Part shown: positions 20,100-29,659 of the stretch, in pieces
Position numbering within the stretch: position 1 is the first letter of the stretch
Layout: every line of letters begins with the position of its first letter
IMG/VR virus record: IMGVR_UViG_3300037510_000392
Location: 1 to 51,023 of that record
DNA length: 51,023 nt
Direction: 5' to 3' (one strand)
Origin: a virus
Taxonomy: Duplodnaviria; Caudoviricetes
Position numbers and translations under genes: made by a program
The notes under the pieces: model-generated
The model's input: the letters and a program-made list of their open reading frames with translations, nothing else
The model's database searches: none
What the model was told of the DNA's origin: nothing

Positions 20100-23000
20100 A
20101 TGACCGACGTGATGGAACTCTTCAACATTGAAGCCGAGATCCTGCGCCAGCGGCGAAAGAATCTCCTGGCCGGACAGCCTGAGATTGTGATTCTCGGTGA
20201 TGGTCGCGGCACAAATCCCGATGTCAACCTGTATGAGGACAGCGAGCAGCGCCTGTGGTGTCGGTGGCCTGGGGGACCAGACGAGAACGGCACCGACAGT
20301 CTTGGGTTGCCGTTCACTGTGATGGCAGGGTACACCAATTACATCTGTGAGATGAATCAACAGGTGCGCATCCGTTGGGATCGCACCCTGAAGGATTACA
20401 TCATTGATGGCCCTGACCCGGTGCACATGCGCGCCACAGGCCGTTCAATGGTGTTTCTCAACCCCCACAACCCGCGTAACAACTTCATCCGTCCAGATCA
20501 GTGGATGGGTGCCCTGAGCGGTCCTGTGGGGGGCATGTTTGTGAACATGCAGCAGTGGGTGTGCGTGCTGGATGATGGCACAGTCATCCAGTATGAAGGC
20601 TCATCAGCCGACCCATCAGCGATCTCGCAGCACCAGGATCTGTCGGCGTATGCTCCAGACACACTCGATCAGCATCGCTATGCGTGTCTCGTCTTCAATG
20701 TCAATCAGTACAAGGCCAACGCGGAACCGCTGCAAATTGTCGTCTCAACACCGAAAAGCATCACGCTTGATCTCACCCCTGAAGACATTGCCGAGGCGCT
20801 GGCCACACGTGCGGATTACTCCTGTAAATCGATCTGGGCCTATCGGGTGGCCTATGGGCAGACAGAGCTGCGTCGGAACAAGTTTGACCGCGATCTGCGC
20901 GGGATGCCGGGTGGACCGCTGACCATCCCTGTAGGCTTCATCGACGGGGACATGATTCAGGATGACGCCATCACCCTGGCGCATCTGACCAATGACGTGA
21001 TCCACGCAGCCACCACAGATCCCACAGTGGATGATGACAGCGCACATGGCTACGGGGTCGGGTCGCGCTGGATCAACACTGTGGATGACACGGTCTTTGA
21101 GTGCGTTGATGCGACCACTGGTGATGCGGTCTGGATTGATCTGACGGACACCGCATCGATCTCACTCACCTCGCCTGATGGCACCATCGACATTACAGGC
21201 AGCTATCAGATCGATGTGGCTGATGGGGCGATTGATCTCTCAAAGCTTGATGATGGCACGCCCAACACGCTGCTGGGCTTTGATGGCAGTGGCACGCCAG
21301 TCGAGCGCGCGCTCGACAACGATGGCACGCTCTCAGCCAACAGCAGCGACGTCATCCCCACGCAGCAGGCTGTCAAATCGTATGTTGACTCCGTCGCGCA
21401 AGGTCTGTCGGCCAAACGGTCTGTGCTGGCCGCAACAGCCACGGCGCTGGCCGCAAATACCTACAGCAATGGCTCATCCGGCATCGGGGCAACCATCACA
21501 GCCAGCGCGAACGGCGCACTGACCATTGATGGTCAGTCGGTGGCCGTCAACGACCGTGTGTTGATCAAGGACGAATCCAGCGCCAGTCACAATGGCATCT
21601 ATGTTGTGACAGCGGCAGGCAGCGGTGCTGCGCCGTTTGTCCTGACCCGTGCCACGGATTTTGATCTCGCCTCAGAGATCCCTGGCGCGTATGTCTTTGT
21701 CGAGAACGGCACCGTCAACAATGCGGTGAGCTTCATCGTCGCCGATCCTGGCCCCTTCACCATTGGCACCACGGCCATTGACTGGACAACCTTCTCACGA
21801 GTCGAAGATCTTCAGGTCACGGCTCCCATCGTCAAGACAGGGAACAATCTCTCGCTTGACAGCACTGTGGTCATCACAACCACTCCGCAAACACTGACCA
21901 ACAAGATCCTGACGCAGTTGGTGCTTTTGATTGGTGGCTGGAAGGCCACGATCGTTCACGCCTTTACAGCAGATCACACGGTCACGATCCCTGGTGACGC
22001 TAACGTCACGCTCGTGGGGGAAACAACCACACAGAACGTCGATAACAAAACCATCAACAACAGCAGCATCGGGGTGACCACCCAGGCCGCAGGGTATTTC
22101 AGCGCACTGCGTCTCTACGTCAGCACCAAAGCAGCCATCTTTACCCATGCCTTTACAGCAGATCGAACCGTGACTCTGCCAGGGAATGCTGATGTCACAC
22201 TCGTTGGGGTTGACACAGCGCAAACACTGGCCAACAAGGTGCTGTCGCAGCTTCATTTGCTCCTGGGTGGGTTCAAGGGCATTTTCACCCACAGCAACAC
22301 CGCAGACCGGACCTACACGTTTCCCAATTACAGCGCGACCATCAGCCCTGCAACCACCAAGGGCGACATCAGCGCGTTCAATGGCACCGACAACACACGC
22401 CTGCCTGTGGGAACCGTCAACGGGCACGCCTTAATCGTTGACAGCAGCACCTCAACAGGGCTTGCCTATGGATCGCCCGCCATTGACCACCTGGCCACGT
22501 GGGGTGAATCAATGGCGGGGTCTGTTGGGAAGGCCGCTTTCAAATCAACGACTGACGGCAAGTGGTACAAGGCCGACAACAATGCCGTCACACCGTTGAT
22601 GGGTCTTGAGCGCGGCCTGATCTCAGATCTGGGTGCCAGCAGCGGCACAATCAACACGCAAGGCTATGTGCGCTCACTCGGTCCGATCGCCCTGTCAGGT
22701 CTCGCCGCCAACAGCGAATATTTCCTCACATCAACAGCAGGGGGGATTGATGTCAGCGAACCGACACCGACACTTGATGGCGGAACGGTCATCATCGCGC
22801 GCTTCGGCTATGCCATCAGCAGCACACTGTTCTTTGTGGACTGCCGCCAGCCCGTCACATACCGCCGCTACGAAACCTGGGCCGCAGGTGAGATTGTGGA
22901 CATCACGCATCACGTCGATGCACCATCACTCTTACGCCGAACCGCCGCGCGGGTGGTCCTGTATGACACAGGGCTGTCGTTCGACTATCCCACCAGCAAT

Positions 23001-24140
23001 CGAGACAGCGCCGTCCAGCTTAAAGGCATCGCAGGCGCAGGGGCCACCATCACTGCGGACACCAGCGCGGCCACCAGCTATCGCGTTGGTGATGCAGGCG
23101 GCAACGAGCGTCGAGAGGCCCAGAGTCTGCTGATGACGGCGGGTCAATTGACACAGATCACGTTCAACATGGCCGGGTCATCAGGTACGCCGTCGCCAGC
23201 GGGGATGGTTGTCGAGTTTTGGTCAAATACGGGTGGCACCCCAGGGTCAGGCGGCATTCCATCAACGGTTTTATATTCCACCACTGTGTCATCCCCGCTC
23301 GTGGGTGTCAACACGATCAACATTACCGATGGCCCCCTAATTGACGCAGGACACTATTGGACAGTCTTCTCATGTCTGCCCCAGGCGACAAACGTCGGCT
23401 ACAACATTCGCGGTGGCACCACATCGGGGTACGCCAATGGCGTCAGCCTGTTTGATCAGACGGCGGCTCTTCCATTCCCTGGCTCGTGGGCAGGGGCGAA
23501 TGCAGGCGATCTCACGGTCACAGCCACGACATCAGCGGTGGTGACAAACGACAATCTGGCGCAAGGGATCACCCCTCCGACCACCACAGTTCCAAGCAGC
23601 TTCAAGCTGTCTCTGCGTCGTTTTGGGTCTGCCACGGGACTGGCATCCGTTGAGGTCTGCGCTGATTCATCGGGCAACCCTGGCACGGTCCTCGCCACCA
23701 CATCAACGGTCGATGTCAGCACCCTCACCACGAGTTTTGCCCTCGTTGACTTCCCAATTCTTGTCGGCTCGCGTCCATCGCTGTCGTCGGGCGTGCAGTA
23801 TCACCTGAAGCTCAAAACGACAGGCTCACAGTCCAACACGGCCTGGGTGGAATGGGGCATAGACACCACGTCGCCATCCTACAGCGGCGGTGTGATGAAG
23901 GTGTTTGCCTCATCAGCGTGGGCGGCGGCGTCACCTGCCGCCGATGGATGCTTTGAGGTCTATGCCCAAACCACAGAGTACGAACAGGATCTTGGGAAAG
24001 GTGATTGGGACGATGGCACAGGCGGCAAATTTGCCATTCAGTACGGCGACTCGCTTCGCGCCAACCAGAACACCATCACACGATTCAAATCCTTAATGGT
24101 AACCACTGTGCTCGCAAAACTGGACACGATCCTCACATGA
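20100..24140 (+). CDS. Tail fibre / receptor-binding protein
   Basis: 1346 aa; TQQAVKSYVD, DRVLIKD..NGIYVVT..LTRATDFD fibre motifs; three H(A/S)(F/N)TAD(H/R)T repeats; two C-terminal beta-sandwich-like repeats. Confidence 0.8.
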   Translation: MTDVMELFNIEAEILRQRRKNLLAGQPEIVILGDGRGTNPDVNLYEDSEQRLWCRWPGGPDENGTDSLGLPFTVMAGYTNYICEMNQQVRIRWDRTLKDYIIDGPDPVHMRATGRSMVFLNPHNPRNNFIRPDQWMGALSGPVGGMFVNMQQWVCVLDDGTVIQYEGSSADPSAISQHQDLSAYAPDTLDQHRYACLVFNVNQYKANAEPLQIVVSTPKSITLDLTPEDIAEALATRADYSCKSIWAYRVAYGQTELRRNKFDRDLRGMPGGPLTIPVGFIDGDMIQDDAITLAHLTNDVIHAATTDPTVDDDSAHGYGVGSRWINTVDDTVFECVDATTGDAVWIDLTDTASISLTSPDGTIDITGSYQIDVADGAIDLSKLDDGTPNTLLGFDGSGTPVERALDNDGTLSANSSDVIPTQQAVKSYVDSVAQGLSAKRSVLAATATALAANTYSNGSSGIGATITASANGALTIDGQSVAVNDRVLIKDESSASHNGIYVVTAAGSGAAPFVLTRATDFDLASEIPGAYVFVENGTVNNAVSFIVADPGPFTIGTTAIDWTTFSRVEDLQVTAPIVKTGNNLSLDSTVVITTTPQTLTNKILTQLVLLIGGWKATIVHAFTADHTVTIPGDANVTLVGETTTQNVDNKTINNSSIGVTTQAAGYFSALRLYVSTKAAIFTHAFTADRTVTLPGNADVTLVGVDTAQTLANKVLSQLHLLLGGFKGIFTHSNTADRTYTFPNYSATISPATTKGDISAFNGTDNTRLPVGTVNGHALIVDSSTSTGLAYGSPAIDHLATWGESMAGSVGKAAFKSTTDGKWYKADNNAVTPLMGLERGLISDLGASSGTINTQGYVRSLGPIALSGLAANSEYFLTSTAGGIDVSEPTPTLDGGTVIIARFGYAISSTLFFVDCRQPVTYRRYETWAAGEIVDITHHVDAPSLLRRTAARVVLYDTGLSFDYPTSNRDSAVQLKGIAGAGATITADTSAATSYRVGDAGGNERREAQSLLMTAGQLTQITFNMAGSSGTPSPAGMVVEFWSNTGGTPGSGGIPSTVLYSTTVSSPLVGVNTINITDGPLIDAGHYWTVFSCLPQATNVGYNIRGGTTSGYANGVSLFDQTAALPFPGSWAGANAGDLTVTATTSAVVTNDNLAQGITPPTTTVPSSFKLSLRRFGSATGLASVEVCADSSGNPGTVLATTSTVDVSTLTTSFALVDFPILVGSRPSLSSGVQYHLKLKTTGSQSNTAWVEWGIDTTSPSYSGGVMKVFASSAWAAASPAADGCFEVYAQTTEYEQDLGKGDWDDGTGGKFAIQYGDSLRANQNTITRFKSLMVTTVLAKLDTILT

Positions 24141-24592
24141 AAACACTGACACTCGCCCTTTTCTGCCTCATCCTTTCAGCCTGTGCTCTGGCGCAGGACA
24201 CCAAGATTGATGAGCACTATACAATCACAGGCGACGGCGCGTGCGACACCGTGCTGACGCTCACCAGCGAATCCGCGCTTGATGTGGCGGTGCGCGATGA
24301 TCGGCAAGATTGGCTCGATGGCACCAATTTGTTTCCCGGTGATGTCTGGGAGACGCGTTTACCGACGGGCCGCGCAGACTACGACCTGGCGGTTGAGCAT
24401 GACGCAGGCGCGCAGTGGTCCTACGATCTGCGTGTGGAGTGCCCCATCACACCGTCCCCCGACGAGACAGAGGAGGCGCACGGCATTGGCGAATCGCTGA
24501 CGCAACGCGGTCTCGATCCTGCGTCAGGCCGTGTGGTCACGGCGATTCCGGTGCGCGTCAGCCCTGGACCACCTGCCACGCCGACCCCCTGA
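24137..24592 (+). CDS. Secreted protein with signal peptide
   Basis: MKTLTLALFCLILSACALAQD signal; ATGA overlap with fibre gene. Confidence 0.6.
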   Translation: MKTLTLALFCLILSACALAQDTKIDEHYTITGDGACDTVLTLTSESALDVAVRDDRQDWLDGTNLFPGDVWETRLPTGRADYDLAVEHDAGAQWSYDLRVECPITPSPDETEEAHGIGESLTQRGLDPASGRVVTAIPVRVSPGPPATPTP

Positions 24593-24602
24593 TGAGAAAC
24601 CA

Positions 24603-24616
24603 CGTGACATGTCATG
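24603..24616. promoter_or_regulatory. TGACATGTCA palindrome upstream of the membrane-protein cluster
   Basis: cgtgacatgtcatg, exact reverse complement of 692..705. Confidence 0.55.
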
Positions 24617-24715
24617 CAAAACTCAAAACTGAGGTCAGCAGTTGGAGTCAGATGTGATACGATCGAATCAGCACAGGTGTGCTGAGAAATCCGACAACTG
24701 CGAAGAGACACGGCG

Positions 24716-25663
24716 ATGGCAACACGGCAAACACAGACATCCCTCTCGGACATGTTCCGAGGTGGATGGAGACAGGGCCAACAGAGACAAGGCAGACCTG
24801 CGATGATCCACCCTACGGCACAACCCGCATCTCAAACCCGCGAGTCAAGCGAGGCGTCTGTGGCGGTCTGGCTGAATCGCCTGGATTGGATGATGGTGCT
24901 GACACGATACACCGCGATCCACAACGCCGCTATTCTGCTGTGTCTGCTGTGGATGCTGATGGTGCCCGACAGTCCCACGGGGCTGCTCGGCCTGCTGCAG
25001 GTGGATGTGGGACTGCGACGAAACGCGGTCATCGCGCTCGTGATGGCCATTTTCTTTATGGATGTGGCTCAGGCCCTGCGCGGACTGACGCCGAACTGGT
25101 CCTTTCTGACGACGCTCAGCGGTCAGTGTGTCATGGCCATCATCGCCACCGTCTACACCCTGCGCGGCAGCATTGGACTGGTGGGCTTCTACACCTATGT
25201 GGGGCCGTTCGCCCTGAGCGTGATTGGGTTGATGGTGGCCATTCAGCGCGCACACCTGCGACCACCGTGGTTTGTGCCTCGCTGGGTGCGCGAGAACACC
25301 AAGCACGCCATGCTGACCAGCATCAGTGTGCTGCTGTGGATTCTGGCATGGGGCCTCATGACCCGACCCGACGCGACCGTGGCGCGCTCCATTCAATCCC
25401 GCTATGGGTTGGGCTTCTTCATTGCGATGGTCGGGGTCATCCTGTGGGGCGCGGGCCAACTGCGCCACAACCACATGAAGCCGTGGTGGGCACTGCGGCG
25501 GATGTTGGGCATTTACCTGTACTCACTGATGGTCATGTATGCCATCGCCGCCGACAACAGCAGCATCTCTCCCTTAAGTGTGTATCTGTCCGTGTCCATC
25601 GCGGTCCTGTCGGTGTTTTTTGCACTGATTCAGGCCCAGGACCAATCTGTTGGAGCAGGGTGA
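24716..25663 (+). CDS. Polytopic membrane protein (about 8-9 TM; start may be 24803)
   Basis: Many hydrophobic segments. Confidence 0.7.
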   Translation: MATRQTQTSLSDMFRGGWRQGQQRQGRPAMIHPTAQPASQTRESSEASVAVWLNRLDWMMVLTRYTAIHNAAILLCLLWMLMVPDSPTGLLGLLQVDVGLRRNAVIALVMAIFFMDVAQALRGLTPNWSFLTTLSGQCVMAIIATVYTLRGSIGLVGFYTYVGPFALSVIGLMVAIQRAHLRPPWFVPRWVRENTKHAMLTSISVLLWILAWGLMTRPDATVARSIQSRYGLGFFIAMVGVILWGAGQLRHNHMKPWWALRRMLGIYLYSLMVMYAIAADNSSISPLSVYLSVSIAVLSVFFALIQAQDQSVGAG

Positions 25664-25665
25664 GC

Positions 25666-26133
25666 ATGGACGTGGCACAGCTGATTCGCGAGTTTGGTCC
25701 CATCGCGATTGTGTGGGTTCTCTTTATTCAAGTGTTGCCCCGACTGTTGAAAGACATGGGGGATGTGGGGGCCAACCGCGCGCGCATTCAGGATCGCGTC
25801 TTCGAGGGCAGTGTCGACAATGTGACTCTGCTGCTGAAGCAAAACCAGCAAGAGCGCGACCGGAACAGCGAGGCAGAGGCCGCCATGCGCGAAGCGGTGC
25901 GCTATCTCAGTCAGGAGGTCGAACGATTGACCAAGCTCATCGACCTGCTGACGAATCTGGTGAAAGCACTGGCTGATCAAATTCAGGCCATTGGTCTCCG
26001 TGTCGATGGAGTTGTGATCAAGGTCAACGACATGGACGAGCGTCTGGGCACCTACGTGGCCTCCACCAAGCAGTCTGTGGAGGTCATTGCCAATCACATC
26101 AAGCAATCCAAGTTAGAGGAGAAATCGCCGTGA
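25666..26133 (+). CDS. Membrane-anchored coiled-coil protein (holin-like)
   Basis: MDVAQLIREFGPIAIVWVLFIQV N-terminal TM followed by coiled coil. Confidence 0.6.
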   Translation: MDVAQLIREFGPIAIVWVLFIQVLPRLLKDMGDVGANRARIQDRVFEGSVDNVTLLLKQNQQERDRNSEAEAAMREAVRYLSQEVERLTKLIDLLTNLVKALADQIQAIGLRVDGVVIKVNDMDERLGTYVASTKQSVEVIANHIKQSKLEEKSP

Positions 26134-26666
26134 AACCGAACACCCTTGTACGCCTGATCGTTCTGCTGAGCCTGACTCTGCTGCTCGTGCTACCCGCACT
26201 GGCTCAGGACCCGACCGCCGAAGCCACCGACAGCGCCCCCGTGACCGTCACCACAGGTGAAAACGGCAGCGTTGACATCACTGTTCAGGCCCCCACCTCA
26301 CCGTCGACCACAGAGACCATCAGCCCATTCATCTATCTCGCCTATGGTGGTGTGGTCCTGATTGTGGTTGTGCTGCTGTTCAATCTGCCAGCCATCATGA
26401 AGATTGTGGCCCCGTTGATCCCCGCAGAGACCGCGCTGCAACTGGCCAAAGGCATGGTGCCCGCAGTCAGCGACACAGTGCTGAATGACTACGCTGCCAA
26501 AACACCGACCCCACTGGATGAAAACCTGCTGATTCTGGCGCTTCAGAAGCTGGGCTACACGGTCACAAAAGACACGACCGGGTATCACACCAAGCCTCCT
26601 TCAGAGACAGGTCCCACCCTGCCCTCATCTGGTGCAGGCACCACCTGGCCCACGAGCGGCAGCTAA
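26130..26666 (+). CDS. Signal-peptide membrane protein
   Basis: Signal ending PALAQD, Pro/Thr linker, one TM. Confidence 0.65.
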   Translation: MKPNTLVRLIVLLSLTLLLVLPALAQDPTAEATDSAPVTVTTGENGSVDITVQAPTSPSTTETISPFIYLAYGGVVLIVVVLLFNLPAIMKIVAPLIPAETALQLAKGMVPAVSDTVLNDYAAKTPTPLDENLLILALQKLGYTVTKDTTGYHTKPPSETGPTLPSSGAGTTWPTSGS

Positions 26667-26747
26667 GACACGCGCATCGAACACCCCCGCGCCCTCTGCG
26701 CCCCTCACGCAGACGGTGCACCATGAAAGCTCCTTGATTGTGTGTGG

Positions 26748-26780
26748 AGGCGCTGTGTAGGACGACACAGCGCCTTTTTT
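26748..26780 (+). terminator. Intrinsic terminator of the late operon
   Basis: aggcgctgtgt-aggacg-acacagcgcct then ttttt. Confidence 0.85.
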
Positions 26781-26800
26781 AGTCTGATACCAGGAGATCA

Positions 26801-27874
26801 ATGCCCCTCTTTACATCCCATCCTTCCGCCCCCTCTGACATGCGCCTCCCATCTCACACCTCACGCCTACCCACCCTCGACGGACTGCGCGGCGTGGCCC
26901 TGCTGTGCGTCCTAGCGGCGCATGCGGGGCTGCCTGTGTTCGGTGGATCGCTCATCATGTTCGTGTTGAGCGGCTATCTCATCACAGCGCATCTGGTGCG
27001 CGAACGGGACCGGACAGGTCGGATTGATGTCAGATCCTTCTATGCGCGGCGGATACGGCGTCTGCTGCCTGCCCTGTGCGTGATGCTGGCCAGTCTCAAT
27101 CTCGTTGTCCCTCTCCTGCATCCCGACGCAGCGCCTCGTCTGTCTGCTGACAGCCTTGCGGCACTGGCTCTTGTGGCCAACTGGACGCAGGTGCTGCACA
27201 CGCACGAGTCACTGCTGCTGCATCTGTGGTCACTGTCGATCCAGGAGCAGGTGTATCTCGTGTGGCCGCTGATTGTGGCGTCTCTGTCGCGGCGTGCGCT
27301 GCTGTGGACCTGTATGCTGCTGGCGGTGTGTGTGGTGGGGCTGCGCACGACGCTGGTGCTGTCAGGCGTGCCGCTGACAACGATCTATTTTGCGACGTTC
27401 ACGCGCATCGATGGCGTATTGCTTGGGAGTGCGCTGGCGCTGGTGCCATCGGTGCGCCTGTCAGTGTCTGTGGGGCGCGTGCTGAGCACGGCCTGCGTGC
27501 TCATCCTGGCGATTTGCCTGGGCCTCTACCCGCTGCGTAGCTCGCTCACGTATCTCGTCAGCATGCCCGTGGTGAGCGTGTGCACGACGCTCCTGATTGC
27601 GCTCCTGATGCAATCACGGACGTCGATCCTCAGCCGTGCGTTGAGTCATCCTGTACTCGTGTATCTCGGCACAATCTCGTACGGCGTCTATTTGTGGCAC
27701 TATCCGCTGATTGTGCTGCTGCTGAGTGTGACGCCACATGCAGGCATCGTCGGCGGGATGTGTGGCATCGTGGCAGGTGCGCTGTCTCACAGGCTGATTG
27801 AGGCCCCGCTCCTGAGACGCACCTCATCTCGAAACCCCTCTCTCACCACACGCCCCACAATACAAAACGCCTGA
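26801..27874 (+). CDS. Acyltransferase-3 family (OafA/OatA-like) membrane O-acyltransferase
   Basis: LDGLRGVA, FVLSGYLIT, FYARRIRRLLP, HLWSLSIQEQVY, LGTISYGVYLWH motifs. Confidence 0.9.
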   Translation: MPLFTSHPSAPSDMRLPSHTSRLPTLDGLRGVALLCVLAAHAGLPVFGGSLIMFVLSGYLITAHLVRERDRTGRIDVRSFYARRIRRLLPALCVMLASLNLVVPLLHPDAAPRLSADSLAALALVANWTQVLHTHESLLLHLWSLSIQEQVYLVWPLIVASLSRRALLWTCMLLAVCVVGLRTTLVLSGVPLTTIYFATFTRIDGVLLGSALALVPSVRLSVSVGRVLSTACVLILAICLGLYPLRSSLTYLVSMPVVSVCTTLLIALLMQSRTSILSRALSHPVLVYLGTISYGVYLWHYPLIVLLLSVTPHAGIVGGMCGIVAGALSHRLIEAPLLRRTSSRNPSLTTRPTIQNA

Positions 27875-28035
27875 CACAGTGCGTCAGGCGCGCATCTCCA
27901 AAGAAAAATCAACTCAAATTGAGACCAATCCACCTCCCGCCGTGAGGCTGTGTGGGATTCTGTAGACTGTTGTGCACGGGAGTGTGCATGATCAGCGTAT
28001 CACAGGTGGGGCAGGACCACTGAGCGCAATCCGAC

Positions 28036-28063
28036 AAAAAAGCGCCTCCTATAAGGAAGGCGC
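28036..28063 (-). terminator. Intrinsic terminator of the leftward early block
   Basis: Minus strand gcgccttccttataggaggcgc-tttttt. Confidence 0.75.
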
Positions 28064-28096
28064 ACAAGGATCATCTGCTTTGGAGGAGAGGAGCAA

Positions 28097-28828
28097 TCAC
28101 GAATCAGAGCCGCTGCCGAATGGCATCTCGCCGTCATCTTCGTGCAACTCCCAGGTATAGAAGAAATCCACACCCGCTTGATGGGGGCGAGGCTCACGCG
28201 TTGGGGTAACCTCAGCAATAGAGACCGTGGCCGAAGGGCTGACAGTGAGCCTGCCCTGAATCACGAACGTGGCCCCGTGATCGGTGTTGATTAAGCGCGC
28301 AGGCTCACCGTTCACAGTGAATGTGGTCTCAGGCGGCGTCATGGTGCTGCGCCCCTCACGATCGGCCCCCAACGACAACCCCTGCACAGGGTGATGAACA
28401 GCCTTGACCTCGTAGGGATCATATTGAACAGACGGGCGCACATTGCCCTCCACATCCACCCACACGGTCACGCCTGTGTCGAGCGGACGCGGGATGAAGG
28501 CCAGTGTCTGATACCCTGCACGATCCGCGCGTGCCATGAAGGTGAACAATTGATACGGCATGGTTTTGCGCAGCAGATAGTGCGTGTAAAGCTTGTGGTG
28601 CCACGCGGTCACATCCAGATACAACACGTCCCGCCAGCCGCCCACAAACACCTCCAGGCAGTCGATGAGGGTGTGCGGCACATTGCGAATGTAGCAGATG
28701 GCGCGCTCAGGGTCCGCCTCAGCCACCATGCCCTCTGGCAGATCATCCCACAAGCCAGGAACAAGCCGTGCGGCCTTCGTGTAGCGCACAGGGCCACCCA
28801 TCAGTGAGAGAATACGACGTGTCATCAT
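28097..28828 (-). CDS. Hypothetical protein
   Basis: ORF with likely ATG at 28828; near-terminal DDGEMPF. Confidence 0.65.
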   Translation of the reverse strand: MMTRRILSLMGGPVRYTKAARLVPGLWDDLPEGMVAEADPERAICYIRNVPHTLIDCLEVFVGGWRDVLYLDVTAWHHKLYTHYLLRKTMPYQLFTFMARADRAGYQTLAFIPRPLDTGVTVWVDVEGNVRPSVQYDPYEVKAVHHPVQGLSLGADREGRSTMTPPETTFTVNGEPARLINTDHGATFVIQGRLTVSPSATVSIAEVTPTREPRPHQAGVDFFYTWELHEDDGEMPFGSGSDS

Positions 28829-28832
28829 AAAA

Positions 28833-29057
28833 TCACCCCACCACCGCGCCACTGTCGAGCGCATCCCGATTCAACGTCACCACAGCCCGCAGCGTCCCTG
28901 CGCCGACATACTCCGGCTGACCATCAAGGGTCATCACATCGCGGCCGTTCTCGTCCAGATACGTGATCAGCAGCAGCCCATTGCGCACATCATCCACGCG
29001 CACAGGCTGGCCAAAATAGAGGGCATGATCGCCGATGGCAAAAACGTGATGTTTCAT
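28833..29057 (-). CDS. Small hypothetical protein (SH3/KOW-like)
   Basis: RBS ggagg; FAIGDHALY..VRVDDVR pattern. Confidence 0.6.
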   Translation of the reverse strand: MKHHVFAIGDHALYFGQPVRVDDVRNGLLLITYLDENGRDVMTLDGQPEYVGAGTLRAVVTLNRDALDSGAVVG

Positions 29058-29069
29058 GGGTGCCCTCCG

Positions 29070-29435
29070 TCAGCGCGACAAGCGGCGTGAATAGTGAATA
29101 TCGACCAGGCGAGCAAGCTGTGTTTTACGATCAAGGTACGTATCAAGGCCCTCCTCAAGAGAATCGAGGTAGCGCTGATCATCGCGTACATCAAACAGCA
29201 AATCGATCAAGGACCAATGTGTGGGCGCATCAACAGACACCTCAAGCATCTTCTGCTGAATGCGAGCACTCTCAACCCATTGCCCCTCATCGTCGGAATA
29301 CACAAGGACTGACACACGCTCAAGATCACGGCAACAGATCACCTGAAGACCATACGCAGGGGCAAGGGCGAGGGTGTAGCAGTGCAAACCTGTCTCGTCG
29401 CGAATCTCCGCAATCTCTGTTGGCATGGGGCGCAT
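29070..29435 (-). CDS. Hypothetical protein, paralog of 117..563
   Basis: RBS ggagga; shared C-terminal motif. Confidence 0.75.
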   Translation of the reverse strand: MRPMPTEIAEIRDETGLHCYTLALAPAYGLQVICCRDLERVSVLVYSDDEGQWVESARIQQKMLEVSVDAPTHWSLIDLLFDVRDDQRYLDSLEEGLDTYLDRKTQLARLVDIHYSRRLSR

Positions 29436-29478
29436 ACGGTCCTCCGTTCTAGATTCAGAATACCACAAACCACACAGC

Positions 29479-29507
29479 TTGCGGGGATGTGTGTGATGTG
29501 CTACAGT
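29479..29507 (+). promoter_or_regulatory. Sigma70-like promoter, antisense to the leftward block
   Basis: TTGCGG-17 bp-TACAGT with extended TG. Confidence 0.55.
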
Positions 29508-29512
29508 TGTTC

Positions 29513-29591
29513 TGGTGGTGTGCGAAATTCGGCTCCATGCCGTGTGAGCGGTGCAACATTTGATCTGTGATCCATCGCCCCTATACCACCA
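29513..29591 (+). ncRNA. Candidate structured small RNA (closing stem plus two hairpins)
   Basis: tggtggtgtg/tataccacca 10-bp stem, cggc/gccg and gcggtg/catcgc hairpins; G-U pairs work only on the + strand. Confidence 0.45.
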
Positions 29592-29659
29592 CCCCCAAAC
29601 ATTGCCAACACAAACGAGAACGCGCCGGAGGACATGATCAGCCTACGGCGCGTTCGATT

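Noticed and set aside
20100-24140. Diversity-generating retroelement or invertible tail cassette
   Set aside because: No reverse transcriptase, template/variable repeat pair or flanking inverted cassette seen
24679-25665. N-terminal extension of the 484-aa ORF
   Set aside because: Overlaps the membrane-protein gene in another frame and has non-protein-like composition; real start is about 25666
29513-29591. tRNA gene
   Set aside because: Right size and CCA end, but no TTCRA T-loop or D-loop consensus and only two internal hairpins
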